From assembly GCA_050943495.1 (NCBI GenBank), contig JBMNPH010000007.1, positions 35,703 to 99,702 of the forward strand: a stretch of 64,000 nucleotides of DNA. Direction: 5' to 3'. Of the stretch, positions 19,610 through 28,894 are shown piece by piece. Every line of letters begins with the position of its first letter. Position 1 is the stretch's first letter. Source of the stretch: Candidatus Merdivicinus sp. Its GTDB lineage: Bacteria; Bacillota; Clostridia; Oscillospirales; Ruminococcaceae. The notes under the pieces are model-generated. The model did not search any database. It had not been told where the DNA came from and was given only the letters and a program-made list of their open reading frames with translations. The position numbers and the translations under genes are program-made.

Positions 19610-20689
19610 TTATGATTCATATAAAGAACGAATGCGCCGTTGTTGAGATGGGTGATCAAATATCGCTGTAAAATTTGCAACCTCGCTCAAACTACCAATC
19701 AAAGGAAGGCCCTCCAATTCTGTTTCTGTGAGCTTTTGCTGCAAGACTTCTGCCACACGATCCGCCCAAATCACTTGAATATTTCGACCAAAATAGGATG
19801 AGCGCTTCAAATGCAGCGGTGCCGTAAGGCCACTTCGATCGTGTAAATCCGCAACCGCCAGCTGTGCCTCTACCATGGCATCCTCCCGCTCATTTAATTC
19901 CTGAGCTGACAATGCGCGTCGAATCTGATCTCCAATATTTTGGGGAATCGGCAATTCTTTAAAAGCAGTTCCAAACCACTTGCTGTAAGGGGCATATTGA
20001 CCGCAGTACAAAAAACAGAGACGCATCAGCCGTTCTGAAATTCTTCCGCATACCAAACGAGATCCAATCTCGTCCCCACAATCACCGCAGCGCCGCAGAA
20101 ATGCCTGCTCTTCAGCAATCAGTGACCAATTGGAGGCAAGCAGATAATCGCGCACTAATTCCGGATAAAATCGCAGAGAACGGATCTGTTCTTCCATACC
20201 GATACCATCATGATACAGAATTCCAGCAGAAATTCCCAGCAAGCGATGTTCAGAACAAATCAGCCAATCTACTGCATTCCATTTCTCTGGATGATCCTTT
20301 CCCAAATACTGCTGCAAAAATCCAGATACTGTGTGAATCCAAATCAATGGCTTTACAGGTCCTTTCTCCAGCATAACCGGATGGCGGACTCCATGATCTT
20401 TCGGATCCGGATCGGAAAAATTTACACTATACCCTTCCAAAGAACATGGAAGATTCTGAGAAAGCACCTGCAGAATGTTATCCTTTTGAAATAAATCTTC
20501 CGCATTCAAAAATAAATACAAGCGCGGTCCCCACATATGGTCGGTTGAAACCTCATCATCATATCCTAAGACATCCGAACCATACCCCAACAAACCTGCT
20601 GCATACGGAATCTGCGGGAAATATTCCTCCAAAATCGGGCGAACCGCCTCTTGATAAAATTTCTTACATAAAATTCGACCTTTTATCAT
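19610..20689 (-). CDS. DUF4037-like protein (predicted nucleotidyltransferase-related, function unknown)
   Basis: The N-terminal pattern FYQEAVRPILEEYFPQIPYAAGLLGYGSDVLGYDDEVSTDHMWGPRLYLFL matches my recollection of DUF4037 proteins. The ATG overlaps the MFS stop (ATGA). Confidence 0.55.
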   Translation of the reverse strand: MIKGRILCKKFYQEAVRPILEEYFPQIPYAAGLLGYGSDVLGYDDEVSTDHMWGPRLYLFLNAEDLFQKDNILQVLSQNLPCSLEGYSVNFSDPDPKDHGVRHPVMLEKGPVKPLIWIHTVSGFLQQYLGKDHPEKWNAVDWLICSEHRLLGISAGILYHDGIGMEEQIRSLRFYPELVRDYLLASNWSLIAEEQAFLRRCGDCGDEIGSRLVCGRISERLMRLCFLYCGQYAPYSKWFGTAFKELPIPQNIGDQIRRALSAQELNEREDAMVEAQLAVADLHDRSGLTAPLHLKRSSYFGRNIQVIWADRVAEVLQQKLTETELEGLPLIGSLSEVANFTAIFDHPSQQRRIRSLYES

Positions 20690-21870
20690 TTCATTGCATC
20701 CTCTTTCATCGGAAAACGAAGCAACAGAACACTCATCACAAAGAACAGCACCATCGCTGCCGGAAGCAGTAAAAAGGCATTACCAGCACCCATTTTATCC
20801 ATCAGAATCCCATAAACTGCATTCCATCCGATGTCAAATAGGGTCGCTGTACTAATAATCATCCCAGTTGCAGTGGTAACCCCATTGACTGGATAATAAT
20901 TTTGAATCATCATGACCATTGTCGGATACAAAATCGAGAAAAAGAGGCCGGATGCGACTAAAATCATTAAGCCGCTGCCGCCAATCAGACCGCCTACAGC
21001 ATACAGGATTGTCGCTATTCCCCCAAAAAGAAAGATACTTTTCTTAATTCCCAGTTTCTGTACCACCGGTGCAAAAATCAACCGTCCTACCATGATGCCA
21101 CCAAAAAATAGGGCCAGGTAGGTCGACGATTGATCCATGGATAAGCCGAATGCCTGTGTACCAAAAGTCACAAACCAGTTCATAATACTGTGTTCCGCAA
21201 TAAAATAAAATCCAAAAGCAAATACAAAGATAAGATAAACTCGGTTCTTGGCAACATCCAGAAATCCAAATTTCTTCTGTTCCTTTTCTCCGTCCAAAGA
21301 AACTCGATCCGGAAAATGAACAAACATCAAAACGATGATCCCAATGACACCAATTACTAACAAAATACAGTTGGCGACTTTCCAAGATCCAAATCCTTCT
21401 GCAAATTTACCGGCCAGTTTCTGACTTCCTGTGGTGCCGAGTCCCTGGATAAAAAACAAAGTACTGACAATCGCAGCCGGTGCGCTTACAAATATGTAGG
21501 AAGTCATAACATTGATCAGAGTACTGGTCAATGTCGAAGCACCCATGCTGAAAAACATGCCGATTAGCAGACAGTAATAATTATCTGTCATCAAATAGAA
21601 GACAACAGCTGCCAGCCATAGACAGGCTGCAAACAAAAAGGCAGGTTTTCTCTTTTCCCGGTCAGCCAGCCGTCCGCCAAACAACAGGAAAACAAGGTTT
21701 CCAATATAACTCACGGTAATGATTCCGGAGAGTTGGGAGTTTGAAAGCGCAAAATGAGTGCCAAAAATCGGGATAAAAACGCCGCGCATTGCATCACTGG
21801 CACCTAAAGCAATCATCAAAACCAAAAATCCAATATAAGCAAATATAGCATTTTTTCGAATATTTTTCAC
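20686..21870 (-). CDS. MFS transporter
   Basis: 394 aa with about 12 hydrophobic segments and the GGRLADREKRKP loop motif between TM2 and TM3. GTG start after an AGGAG RBS. Confidence 0.8.
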   Translation of the reverse strand: MKNIRKNAIFAYIGFLVLMIALGASDAMRGVFIPIFGTHFALSNSQLSGIITVSYIGNLVFLLFGGRLADREKRKPAFLFAACLWLAAVVFYLMTDNYYCLLIGMFFSMGASTLTSTLINVMTSYIFVSAPAAIVSTLFFIQGLGTTGSQKLAGKFAEGFGSWKVANCILLVIGVIGIIVLMFVHFPDRVSLDGEKEQKKFGFLDVAKNRVYLIFVFAFGFYFIAEHSIMNWFVTFGTQAFGLSMDQSSTYLALFFGGIMVGRLIFAPVVQKLGIKKSIFLFGGIATILYAVGGLIGGSGLMILVASGLFFSILYPTMVMMIQNYYPVNGVTTATGMIISTATLFDIGWNAVYGILMDKMGAGNAFLLLPAAMVLFFVMSVLLLRFPMKEDAMK

Positions 21871-21921
21871 ACTTGAATCTCCTATCTGTTTGGCATTTCA
21901 AAGTTGTCCGGACAGCAAACC

Positions 21922-21950
21922 TCGCCCGCCCACAATTTGTGAGCGAGCGA
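21922..21950 (-). terminator. Strong intercistronic hairpin between the GH43 and MFS genes (terminator/attenuator or RNA stabiliser)
   Basis: On the minus strand, UCGCUCGCUCACA/UGUGGGCGGGCGA forms a stem of about 13 bp with two G-U pairs. Only a weak U-tract (GGUUUGCUG) follows. Confidence 0.4.
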
Positions 21951-21965
21951 AACATTTCATTTCCT

Positions 21966-23537
21966 TTATTCCATTGGACGATAACAAAAATCTGCAAAAT
22001 CAGCCGGCTGCCGTCGTCCGGAAAGGTCTTGACAGCAAACCCCGACAAAAGCACCAGTATAGGCAGCACCTTCGACGTGTTCGTCAGATAACAAAGATCC
22101 ATCCAAAACCGGACCGATATTCTTCCATTCTTCCCCTTTTACCGCATACCGGAACTGAAGAGCGTGACCTTCTTTTACGGTAACTCCCAGCCGCACTTCT
22201 GCATCTTCCGGCAAAGGAAGATAAGTTCCTTCGGTCGGTTCCGAAAAAGTACCGTTGATGCAAGAAATAATATACAGATATTTTCCGCCGCCGCAATCAC
22301 CGGATACATTCAAATAATAGAAATTCCGACTATTGTAGTAGCAGACCAATCCGGCCATCTGCTGATGGCTGACAGGATGGAAGTCCAAAGTTGTTTCCGC
22401 TTCAAAGGTAAAGTGTTCCCATCTTCTGGCCAATAAACTCTGGCGGAAAAGCGAAGAAAGAGATTCCTGACCATAAAGCCGCAGATAACCCGGCCGGTCC
22501 GTAAAGGACATAGCATCTCCTATCGGCAGCCGAAGTGACTGGAACGAATCCGGAAGTTTTCCCTCTCGGAAAGAAACAGATTCTTCTTGATCCGGAAGTT
22601 TGACACTGGATTCTTTCCACAATTTCACTTCCTCACTGGGAAGAGGACCATCTACAACATACGGCCAGTCATTTTTCCACACCATTTTCTGGAGAGCGGT
22701 CTCCCGTCCTAATGGACACATCCCCGTATTTCCAGCGGGACGTGCACACAGATGGACCAAATACCAATCCCCTTCCGGAGTCTCAACAAAACTAGCGTGT
22801 CCTGCTTTCTTTAAGGCAGGAGCTGGATTGGCCTTGGATGTTAAAATGGGATTTTCCGGATGAATTTCATACGGACCAGTCAAATTCCGGCTGCGCGCCA
22901 CTGTGGCCGCATGATTTTCTCCAGTTCCGCCTTCTGCTGTCAGCAGGTAATACCATCCGTCTTTTTTGTAAAGATGGGGGCCCTCTGTCACATGAATCTC
23001 GGAACCGCCGAAAATATTGTAGATCTCACCCACCAGTTTTTTCTGTTCCGGCGAATATTCCTGCAAAACAATTCCGCCAAAACGATGGCGGCCAGTACGA
23101 TGTTCCCAAAGTACATTTACCAGCCATTTTTTATCTCCATCGTGGAACAACGAAGGGTCAAATCCGCTGCTGTTCAAATAAACCGGATCACTCCACTCTC
23201 CTTCTACCTCATCCGCAGTGACAAGATAATTGTGGACATCTTTCCAAATTCCTGCTGTGTTACGCACAATTGTATAAATTAAGTAGAATTTCCCATCCGA
23301 ATAGCTGAGGCAGGGAGCCCAGATTCCACAGGAATCCGGTACTCCAGCCAAATCCATCTGAGACAGACGATTCAATGGACGAGAAGCAAGCGTCCAGTTT
23401 ACCAAATCCTCCGAGCGGTAAATCAGTACTCCCGGCCACCATTCAAAGGTCGATACTGCGATATAATAACTGGATCCCACCCGTACAATAGAGGGGTCCG
23501 GTTTAAAACCGCGTAAAATTGGATTTTGTACCTTCAT
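21966..23537 (-). CDS. Glycoside hydrolase family 43 (beta-xylosidase/alpha-L-arabinofuranosidase type) with C-terminal beta-sandwich domain
   Basis: The N-terminus NPILRGFKPDPSIVRVGSSYYIAVSTFEWWPG is typical of XynB-like GH43. 523 aa, AAGGAG RBS. Confidence 0.85.
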   Translation of the reverse strand: MKVQNPILRGFKPDPSIVRVGSSYYIAVSTFEWWPGVLIYRSEDLVNWTLASRPLNRLSQMDLAGVPDSCGIWAPCLSYSDGKFYLIYTIVRNTAGIWKDVHNYLVTADEVEGEWSDPVYLNSSGFDPSLFHDGDKKWLVNVLWEHRTGRHRFGGIVLQEYSPEQKKLVGEIYNIFGGSEIHVTEGPHLYKKDGWYYLLTAEGGTGENHAATVARSRNLTGPYEIHPENPILTSKANPAPALKKAGHASFVETPEGDWYLVHLCARPAGNTGMCPLGRETALQKMVWKNDWPYVVDGPLPSEEVKLWKESSVKLPDQEESVSFREGKLPDSFQSLRLPIGDAMSFTDRPGYLRLYGQESLSSLFRQSLLARRWEHFTFEAETTLDFHPVSHQQMAGLVCYYNSRNFYYLNVSGDCGGGKYLYIISCINGTFSEPTEGTYLPLPEDAEVRLGVTVKEGHALQFRYAVKGEEWKNIGPVLDGSLLSDEHVEGAAYTGAFVGVCCQDLSGRRQPADFADFCYRPME

Positions 23538-23586
23538 TTGCTAAAAATCTCCTTGTATTCAGGTTTTTAAATCCGCTAATTGCGAA

Positions 23587-25056
23587 TTATTTCTTGCGAA
23601 GACGGATCATTTTCACTTCATGAGGCTGCAGGATATCTTGTCTGGAATACGGTTTGCCAACAGGAATTGAAAGGCGTTTCCAACTCCGCTGAGGCTGGCT
23701 GATCGACTTTAAATGATCCAGTTCGCACTTGGTCGGATATTCCGGTGCACCCATTGCAACCCAATTATCAAAAACAGAAGTATCCTGATTCAAGGATGAA
23801 ACTTCCTCCTCATATTCGCCCTCCAGATCCAAGTCAAAAGACACTGTCTCAACCTTATCCTGGAATACATGATTGCGGCTAAGAGGAGTTAGCTTACTGC
23901 GATCCCCCAATGCAAAAGCATCCTGATAATAACAATAATTCCAAATCAGAACGCAATAATCATCGCCAGTTCTGGAAACCAGATGATTTTCGTCCGCAAC
24001 GAGAATTTCATCCCCCAGCTTTGACAGAAAGTAATAAGCCCAATAGGAAGGTTTTTTCAATCCAGAAGGATTCATCATTCCGAATCCTCCATGGAATTGA
24101 TAGAGATTTGCGCCCTGTTCCTCAAAAACATCCGTAAAGGTCCAGAAACCAAGCGAATTTACTTTCTGAAAATTCATTGAAATATTGTAGAGAATAAACG
24201 GCGCCATAAACATGGTATCATGAATCAAATCACGCGGACTGGGCGAAGAATTCCACTCTGTCAAATGAATTTCAGCCTGCGGATAGGGAGATTGATCGAC
24301 AATCTCCCGTATCATACTCAAATGCTGAATCGTAGAATCCTGTTTCATATATCCCATCTGCTTATTTCCCTCGGTATCCAACGGCCAATAGGTTGGATAT
24401 GGATGCGCGGAGAAAAAGTCAATTGGCAAATGCTTGTCATCACAGAAGCGGATAAAATTCTTGAGCCATTGCAAATCTTCCCGGAAGTCAGCACCGCTGG
24501 TTGATGGGCCTCCGACACGCAAACGCACATCAATTTTTTTGACTGCCTCAACAGATACCTCATACAGATGGCAATACTCTTCAAATGTTCCGCGCCAGAA
24601 AGAACCGAGGTTCGGCTCATTCCATACCTCAAAATACCAAGTAAGTACTTCCTCGATTCCATAGCGATCGATTGCATGGCGAACAGTCGCCTCTACCAAC
24701 TCGGCCCACTTTCCATAATCTACAGGAGGTGCACCATTCCCCTTCCACCAGAAAACTGTTCCGCACTGGGTAGCCAACTGAGAAGGCATGAAACCGAATT
24801 CCATAATCGGTTTGATTCCTACCGAAAGCAGGAAATCAAACAGTTTATCAAAATATCCGAAATAAAATTTCGGTTTTCCATTCTCATCCTCCTGATAGAT
24901 TCCCATATCATCATGGAAAATCCCATGGAATCGAATGTATTCAAACCCGATTTCCCACTGCAACTCCCGCAATTGATCTTGCCAGTCCGCTCGTAGACCT
25001 TCTGCTGCACGACCTGCTGTCACACATTTTGTATAATATCTGCTGTTTTCCAACAT
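23587..25056 (-). CDS. Glycoside hydrolase family 39
   Basis: Acid/base motif YFEVWNEPN and nucleophile motif IHLTEWNSS are characteristic of GH39 (clan GH-A). Confidence 0.8.
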   Translation of the reverse strand: MLENSRYYTKCVTAGRAAEGLRADWQDQLRELQWEIGFEYIRFHGIFHDDMGIYQEDENGKPKFYFGYFDKLFDFLLSVGIKPIMEFGFMPSQLATQCGTVFWWKGNGAPPVDYGKWAELVEATVRHAIDRYGIEEVLTWYFEVWNEPNLGSFWRGTFEEYCHLYEVSVEAVKKIDVRLRVGGPSTSGADFREDLQWLKNFIRFCDDKHLPIDFFSAHPYPTYWPLDTEGNKQMGYMKQDSTIQHLSMIREIVDQSPYPQAEIHLTEWNSSPSPRDLIHDTMFMAPFILYNISMNFQKVNSLGFWTFTDVFEEQGANLYQFHGGFGMMNPSGLKKPSYWAYYFLSKLGDEILVADENHLVSRTGDDYCVLIWNYCYYQDAFALGDRSKLTPLSRNHVFQDKVETVSFDLDLEGEYEEEVSSLNQDTSVFDNWVAMGAPEYPTKCELDHLKSISQPQRSWKRLSIPVGKPYSRQDILQPHEVKMIRLRKK

Positions 25057-25074
25057 GATTCCTCGTTTCCACGC

Positions 25075-26706
25075 TTATTCATACCGGAAGGAAATTGTAC
25101 GATCGAAATTCGTCATGCCGGTAAAGTACAGATTCATATTCTGACGGCTTGGCTCTACAATACCACTCCGGCTACGGATATAGGTATTGTCAGCAAATCC
25201 AGGACCAAATGTCAGATGTTCCTTGCCATCATCCAGTTCCACATTACCTTCTTTCACAATCAGCTGCATGCCGGGCTGAGCAGCACATGCAAAATGGCTG
25301 TTGGTTACTTCAACATTTGCCGGAATACCGAACTCAAATTTGAACGGAATTAAATCGCAGCCTTCTGCACGAACGCGCAGATCTACACCATTTTCCTGCT
25401 CAATCAGGTCCATTGTTACCTTCAGATGCGCTACAACCAGCGTACCACGCTTACTGTGATCCATTTCGTTCCACAGCGAAGAGCCAGGGAACTCGCCGAA
25501 GGGCAAACGATAGGTGCCATCTGCATCCATGGTCATCCGGTAACCTTCTTCCGTTTTCTCCAAAGTTTGGGTCAACAGATTGCGCAGATTGAAATAGCTG
25601 ATGCCGATTCGCAGATAAACGCACATTTCTCCGAGCTGAACGGCAAAAGGTGTGGGGTTATCCCGAATGAAGGAGGCTGTAAATTTGCCTTGGCGGATAC
25701 GTGCGATGCCAGAATGCGGATACAGAATGCTGTATTTTTCCGGAACCTTGGGTGCATACTCAGGAAGTGCTTCCCATTCCGGATAAAGCAGCATAAATCC
25801 CCACAGATCGCTCAAATCTTCATGGTAGCGGATCAAAGAATCCAGAATCATGGCAGCAAAGCCGAAATATTCCGGAATATTGCACTTTGCAGCCAGATAA
25901 TAGTAAAGGAAGTAATAACGGTTCGGAAGCATCCGCTGGCCGTTATCCTGGCGGGTGGAGTTCATGGTGAAGACGCTGCCATCCGGCTCATAGAAAGTCA
26001 TCATCATATCCAAATTGCGGCGGGCATAGCTCAGATAGCTGTCATCGCCGAGAAGTTCCGCAATCAGAATCATCGCATAGTCATTTACGGTATTATAGAC
26101 GCCGGCAGAACGTTCTGTAAATTCACCGTCTTCGCTGCAGTCCACACCCTCTGCAAGATAATCCTGCGCCCGTTTAAAGAAGTGTTCTTTTCCGGTAAGT
26201 TTCCAAGCAATCAAAAGAGCACTGGTATTTACCCAACGATGGTTAGGGGTATGGAATCCGCCTTTATAAACACCTTCCGCACATACTTCAATTAAAGCGC
26301 CCAATTTTGCCTTGATGTCAGGTGCTTCGCCGGCACGATCCATAATTTGATAAGCGCGCCACAAAGTCTGAATGCCGAAAGAAGTATCCGGTGCAGAGAA
26401 GAAGTTACAGTCAGAAAGGTCAAAAGTACCATCAGGACGGCGATAATTCTCGCAGAATACAAACGCCGCATCAATTGCTTTGCGAACATCTTCATTATGG
26501 TAATAAGCACTTTCTTTCATGCAGTAGGCAAGGATCAGGGGTTCCAGTGCATTCATACCGGACTTCTGAGAAGCCCATCCTGCATAGGGGTCCCAAATGC
26601 CGCCATACTCGCGGCGGGATTCATCCAATACCTGATTGCGGAGAATATTCGCAACCTGACGGTCACTGTGTTCGAGGAAGAGTGCTTTTTTTTGCTGATA
26701 GTTCAT
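25075..26706 (-). CDS. Uncharacterised protein, paralog A. Helical N-terminal two-thirds plus beta-rich C-terminus; candidate polysaccharide lyase or hydrolase
   Basis: Real coding signal, with an AAGGAG RBS before the ATG at 26706. Shares the motifs FHTPNHRW, CSEDGEFTERSAGVYN and EPDGSVFTMNSTRQD with the protein at 28895-30550. I recognise no family. Confidence 0.8.
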   Translation of the reverse strand: MNYQQKKALFLEHSDRQVANILRNQVLDESRREYGGIWDPYAGWASQKSGMNALEPLILAYCMKESAYYHNEDVRKAIDAAFVFCENYRRPDGTFDLSDCNFFSAPDTSFGIQTLWRAYQIMDRAGEAPDIKAKLGALIEVCAEGVYKGGFHTPNHRWVNTSALLIAWKLTGKEHFFKRAQDYLAEGVDCSEDGEFTERSAGVYNTVNDYAMILIAELLGDDSYLSYARRNLDMMMTFYEPDGSVFTMNSTRQDNGQRMLPNRYYFLYYYLAAKCNIPEYFGFAAMILDSLIRYHEDLSDLWGFMLLYPEWEALPEYAPKVPEKYSILYPHSGIARIRQGKFTASFIRDNPTPFAVQLGEMCVYLRIGISYFNLRNLLTQTLEKTEEGYRMTMDADGTYRLPFGEFPGSSLWNEMDHSKRGTLVVAHLKVTMDLIEQENGVDLRVRAEGCDLIPFKFEFGIPANVEVTNSHFACAAQPGMQLIVKEGNVELDDGKEHLTFGPGFADNTYIRSRSGIVEPSRQNMNLYFTGMTNFDRTISFRYE

Positions 26707-26719
26707 GGTTCTGTCTCCT

Positions 26720-28825
26720 TTATCTCTGCACAAAATGCAGTTGATTCTGGTTATTGTCCGAAACCAGCGTCATTTCGCCAGTCCGGTTATCCCAAAGCAG
26801 GTCGCATCGAGTATCAACCTGACAATATGGTTCACCATCGCGCAGCATCTGATCAAAACCGCCACACGCAAACCGATCGATTTCCCCATTTTCATCTGTA
26901 TGAAGGGCTACAACGCCAACATAGGTGCCAGTAAACCGATGTCCTTTGCTTTGAATATCAAAGTGTTCCGGTTTGCCGGAAAGAACTGACCGACTATCTG
27001 TCAGCACAATAGTTCCGTCCTCCAAAACTGCGCCATTTGGAACTGCATTTTTGCGGATTCCATTTTCTAACAGCCATTTCAGATCAAAAGGATGTACTTT
27101 TGCATATTTAGCAATTTCTTCAAATTGTGCGGTGCAATCCTGACCATCAAAGTCATGGGTTGCAATTCCATCAATAAAAACCGGATTGCTGCGAGCTGCC
27201 CGCAGCAAAAACGCGAGGGTCTCAGGCTTGGAATACTCCGGCCCGATAAACAGCATTTGATGGAATACATGTCCATTATAGCAGATTTTCCCATCGCAAT
27301 CTATGGTCAAAATGCCCGAATCAATCTTTGCACTTGGTACTAATGCACAAATAACGCCTGCATTCCACAGTTCATCGCACTTTTCCATAATGAAGAGTCC
27401 GCCGTTGATATCATGGCTGTTGCGGAGATATGCATGTGGATACCAGTTGGTCAGAGCCGGACGTCCAAATACCACCAGAAGATCCATTTGCGGACGCGGC
27501 AGATTTAATGCATTCAGCAGACGGATTCTTGTTTCAATTTTCCGCATATTGTCCAGAAATTCATCATTTTCCATATCAAAGCGATGTGGACGGACATCAT
27601 GGTAGGCGTGATAATGAATTCGAACGCCGTAACGGGCATCCCGCATTGCCTTTTCGTAAATGCATTCGGGAGTTGTTTTGGCATAATACATGTCATAAAG
27701 CACCGGTTTTGGATGAGAGCAACAGATTCCCATTCGGACAGGATAACAAATATCTTCATCAGTTTGCCCGTATTCACGGGGCAAATCCCACCACATACAG
27801 CCAGTCTGCCAAATCTCGTCATTGCTGAGCGAATTATGATAGGTATTGTGAAGGCCGTGGAATACGCCATCTCCATAAGTCCGGCGTGCCTCATCTGCAA
27901 CAAAATTTTCCACCTTGATGACATTGTCCTTCAAAACATCGAAGTAGCGGTTAATGGCAGCCATCCGGCGGCTGTCCTCTCCTTCGGGAATCCAACGCAT
28001 ATCCAGAATGCAATCGCGCAGAGAGGTTCCAGTTTTTTCCTCATAATACCGGGCAAAACCTTTGCCATACAAACGCTGGCGGAATTTAATTCCCTTTTGA
28101 AAAATCTCAACCGCATGGATAATATTGATGGATTTGAACTCATCCAGTCCAACGCCGTCAAAGGGAATATCCCGATAATAACCAATAATTTTGCGGAAGC
28201 TCTTTTCATAGTAATCCGTATACAAATCCGGACTTTGGAAGGCATGTGCAGTCAAAAAATAGATGGTTTTATCTGCATATTCCGGTCCAAGATCAACATT
28301 CACATCGACAGTATCCGGATTCGGAGAAGTTACGGTACAACGATCCGTTACCTCTTCCAAAGAGCCAGGACGATACACACCGGGTGCAATTTTATCCATC
28401 ACATATGCTGCAAATAAGGTACTGTTCCGGCATTTGCCATCCCGATCACCGCATTTAATTGCCCGATAGCTGGTGGAACCATCTGCATCCAAAAGCTGTT
28501 CCCCTTCTACCAGCAGAGAAATGGCAGTATCATCCGTCACATCGGTATGATCACGCCAAAGCTGCAGTCCAACTTTAACATGGTGTGCGTGTGCATAATC
28601 TGCCACTTCTGCAAAAGCCGGTGCGAGACGATCCCGGTCATGATAAAAGTCGAGTTTTCCCCGCGCTGTAAAAAAGATCAAATCAAAGCAGGTATCCCGG
28701 CAGATCCGCTCAATATCCCGCATATATTGCCTATTTTCCAGCGTATTTTCATCCCAAAACCAATATAATATTTCAGGATGATTTCGATTCTCCAAGGCTG
28801 GTACGATTTTCTGTTGCATTTCCAT
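26720..28825 (-). CDS. Uncharacterised 701-aa cytoplasmic protein (no signal peptide), candidate glycan-active enzyme
   Basis: Long ORF with an AAAGGAAG RBS, embedded between the two paralogs in the glycan operon. I recognise no catalytic motif. Confidence 0.8.
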   Translation of the reverse strand: MEMQQKIVPALENRNHPEILYWFWDENTLENRQYMRDIERICRDTCFDLIFFTARGKLDFYHDRDRLAPAFAEVADYAHAHHVKVGLQLWRDHTDVTDDTAISLLVEGEQLLDADGSTSYRAIKCGDRDGKCRNSTLFAAYVMDKIAPGVYRPGSLEEVTDRCTVTSPNPDTVDVNVDLGPEYADKTIYFLTAHAFQSPDLYTDYYEKSFRKIIGYYRDIPFDGVGLDEFKSINIIHAVEIFQKGIKFRQRLYGKGFARYYEEKTGTSLRDCILDMRWIPEGEDSRRMAAINRYFDVLKDNVIKVENFVADEARRTYGDGVFHGLHNTYHNSLSNDEIWQTGCMWWDLPREYGQTDEDICYPVRMGICCSHPKPVLYDMYYAKTTPECIYEKAMRDARYGVRIHYHAYHDVRPHRFDMENDEFLDNMRKIETRIRLLNALNLPRPQMDLLVVFGRPALTNWYPHAYLRNSHDINGGLFIMEKCDELWNAGVICALVPSAKIDSGILTIDCDGKICYNGHVFHQMLFIGPEYSKPETLAFLLRAARSNPVFIDGIATHDFDGQDCTAQFEEIAKYAKVHPFDLKWLLENGIRKNAVPNGAVLEDGTIVLTDSRSVLSGKPEHFDIQSKGHRFTGTYVGVVALHTDENGEIDRFACGGFDQMLRDGEPYCQVDTRCDLLWDNRTGEMTLVSDNNQNQLHFVQR

Positions 28826-28844
28826 GGAATCTTCCTTTCGTTTT

Positions 28845-28883
28845 GCGAAAAAGTCTGCCGGGGGTTCATGTCCCGACAGACTT
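28845..28883 (-). terminator. Internal terminator/attenuator-like hairpin between paralog B and the 701-aa gene
   Basis: On the minus strand, AAGUCUG-UCGGG...CCCGG-CAGACUU is followed by UUUUUCGC. Confidence 0.45.
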
Positions 28884-28894
28884 TCTTACTACAT

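Noticed and set aside
19385-19610. Possible integration scar or att site next to tRNA-Leu
   Set aside because: The duplicated segment does not include the tRNA 3' end. There is no integrase, excisionase or other mobile gene nearby, and the flanking genes look like ordinary chromosomal content.
26706-26733. Apparent 14-nt overlap between the 552-aa ORF and the 701-aa ORF
   Set aside because: The overlap disappears when the downstream ATG (26706) with an AAGGAG RBS is used. The 9-codon extension (MCRDKGDRT) has no RBS.
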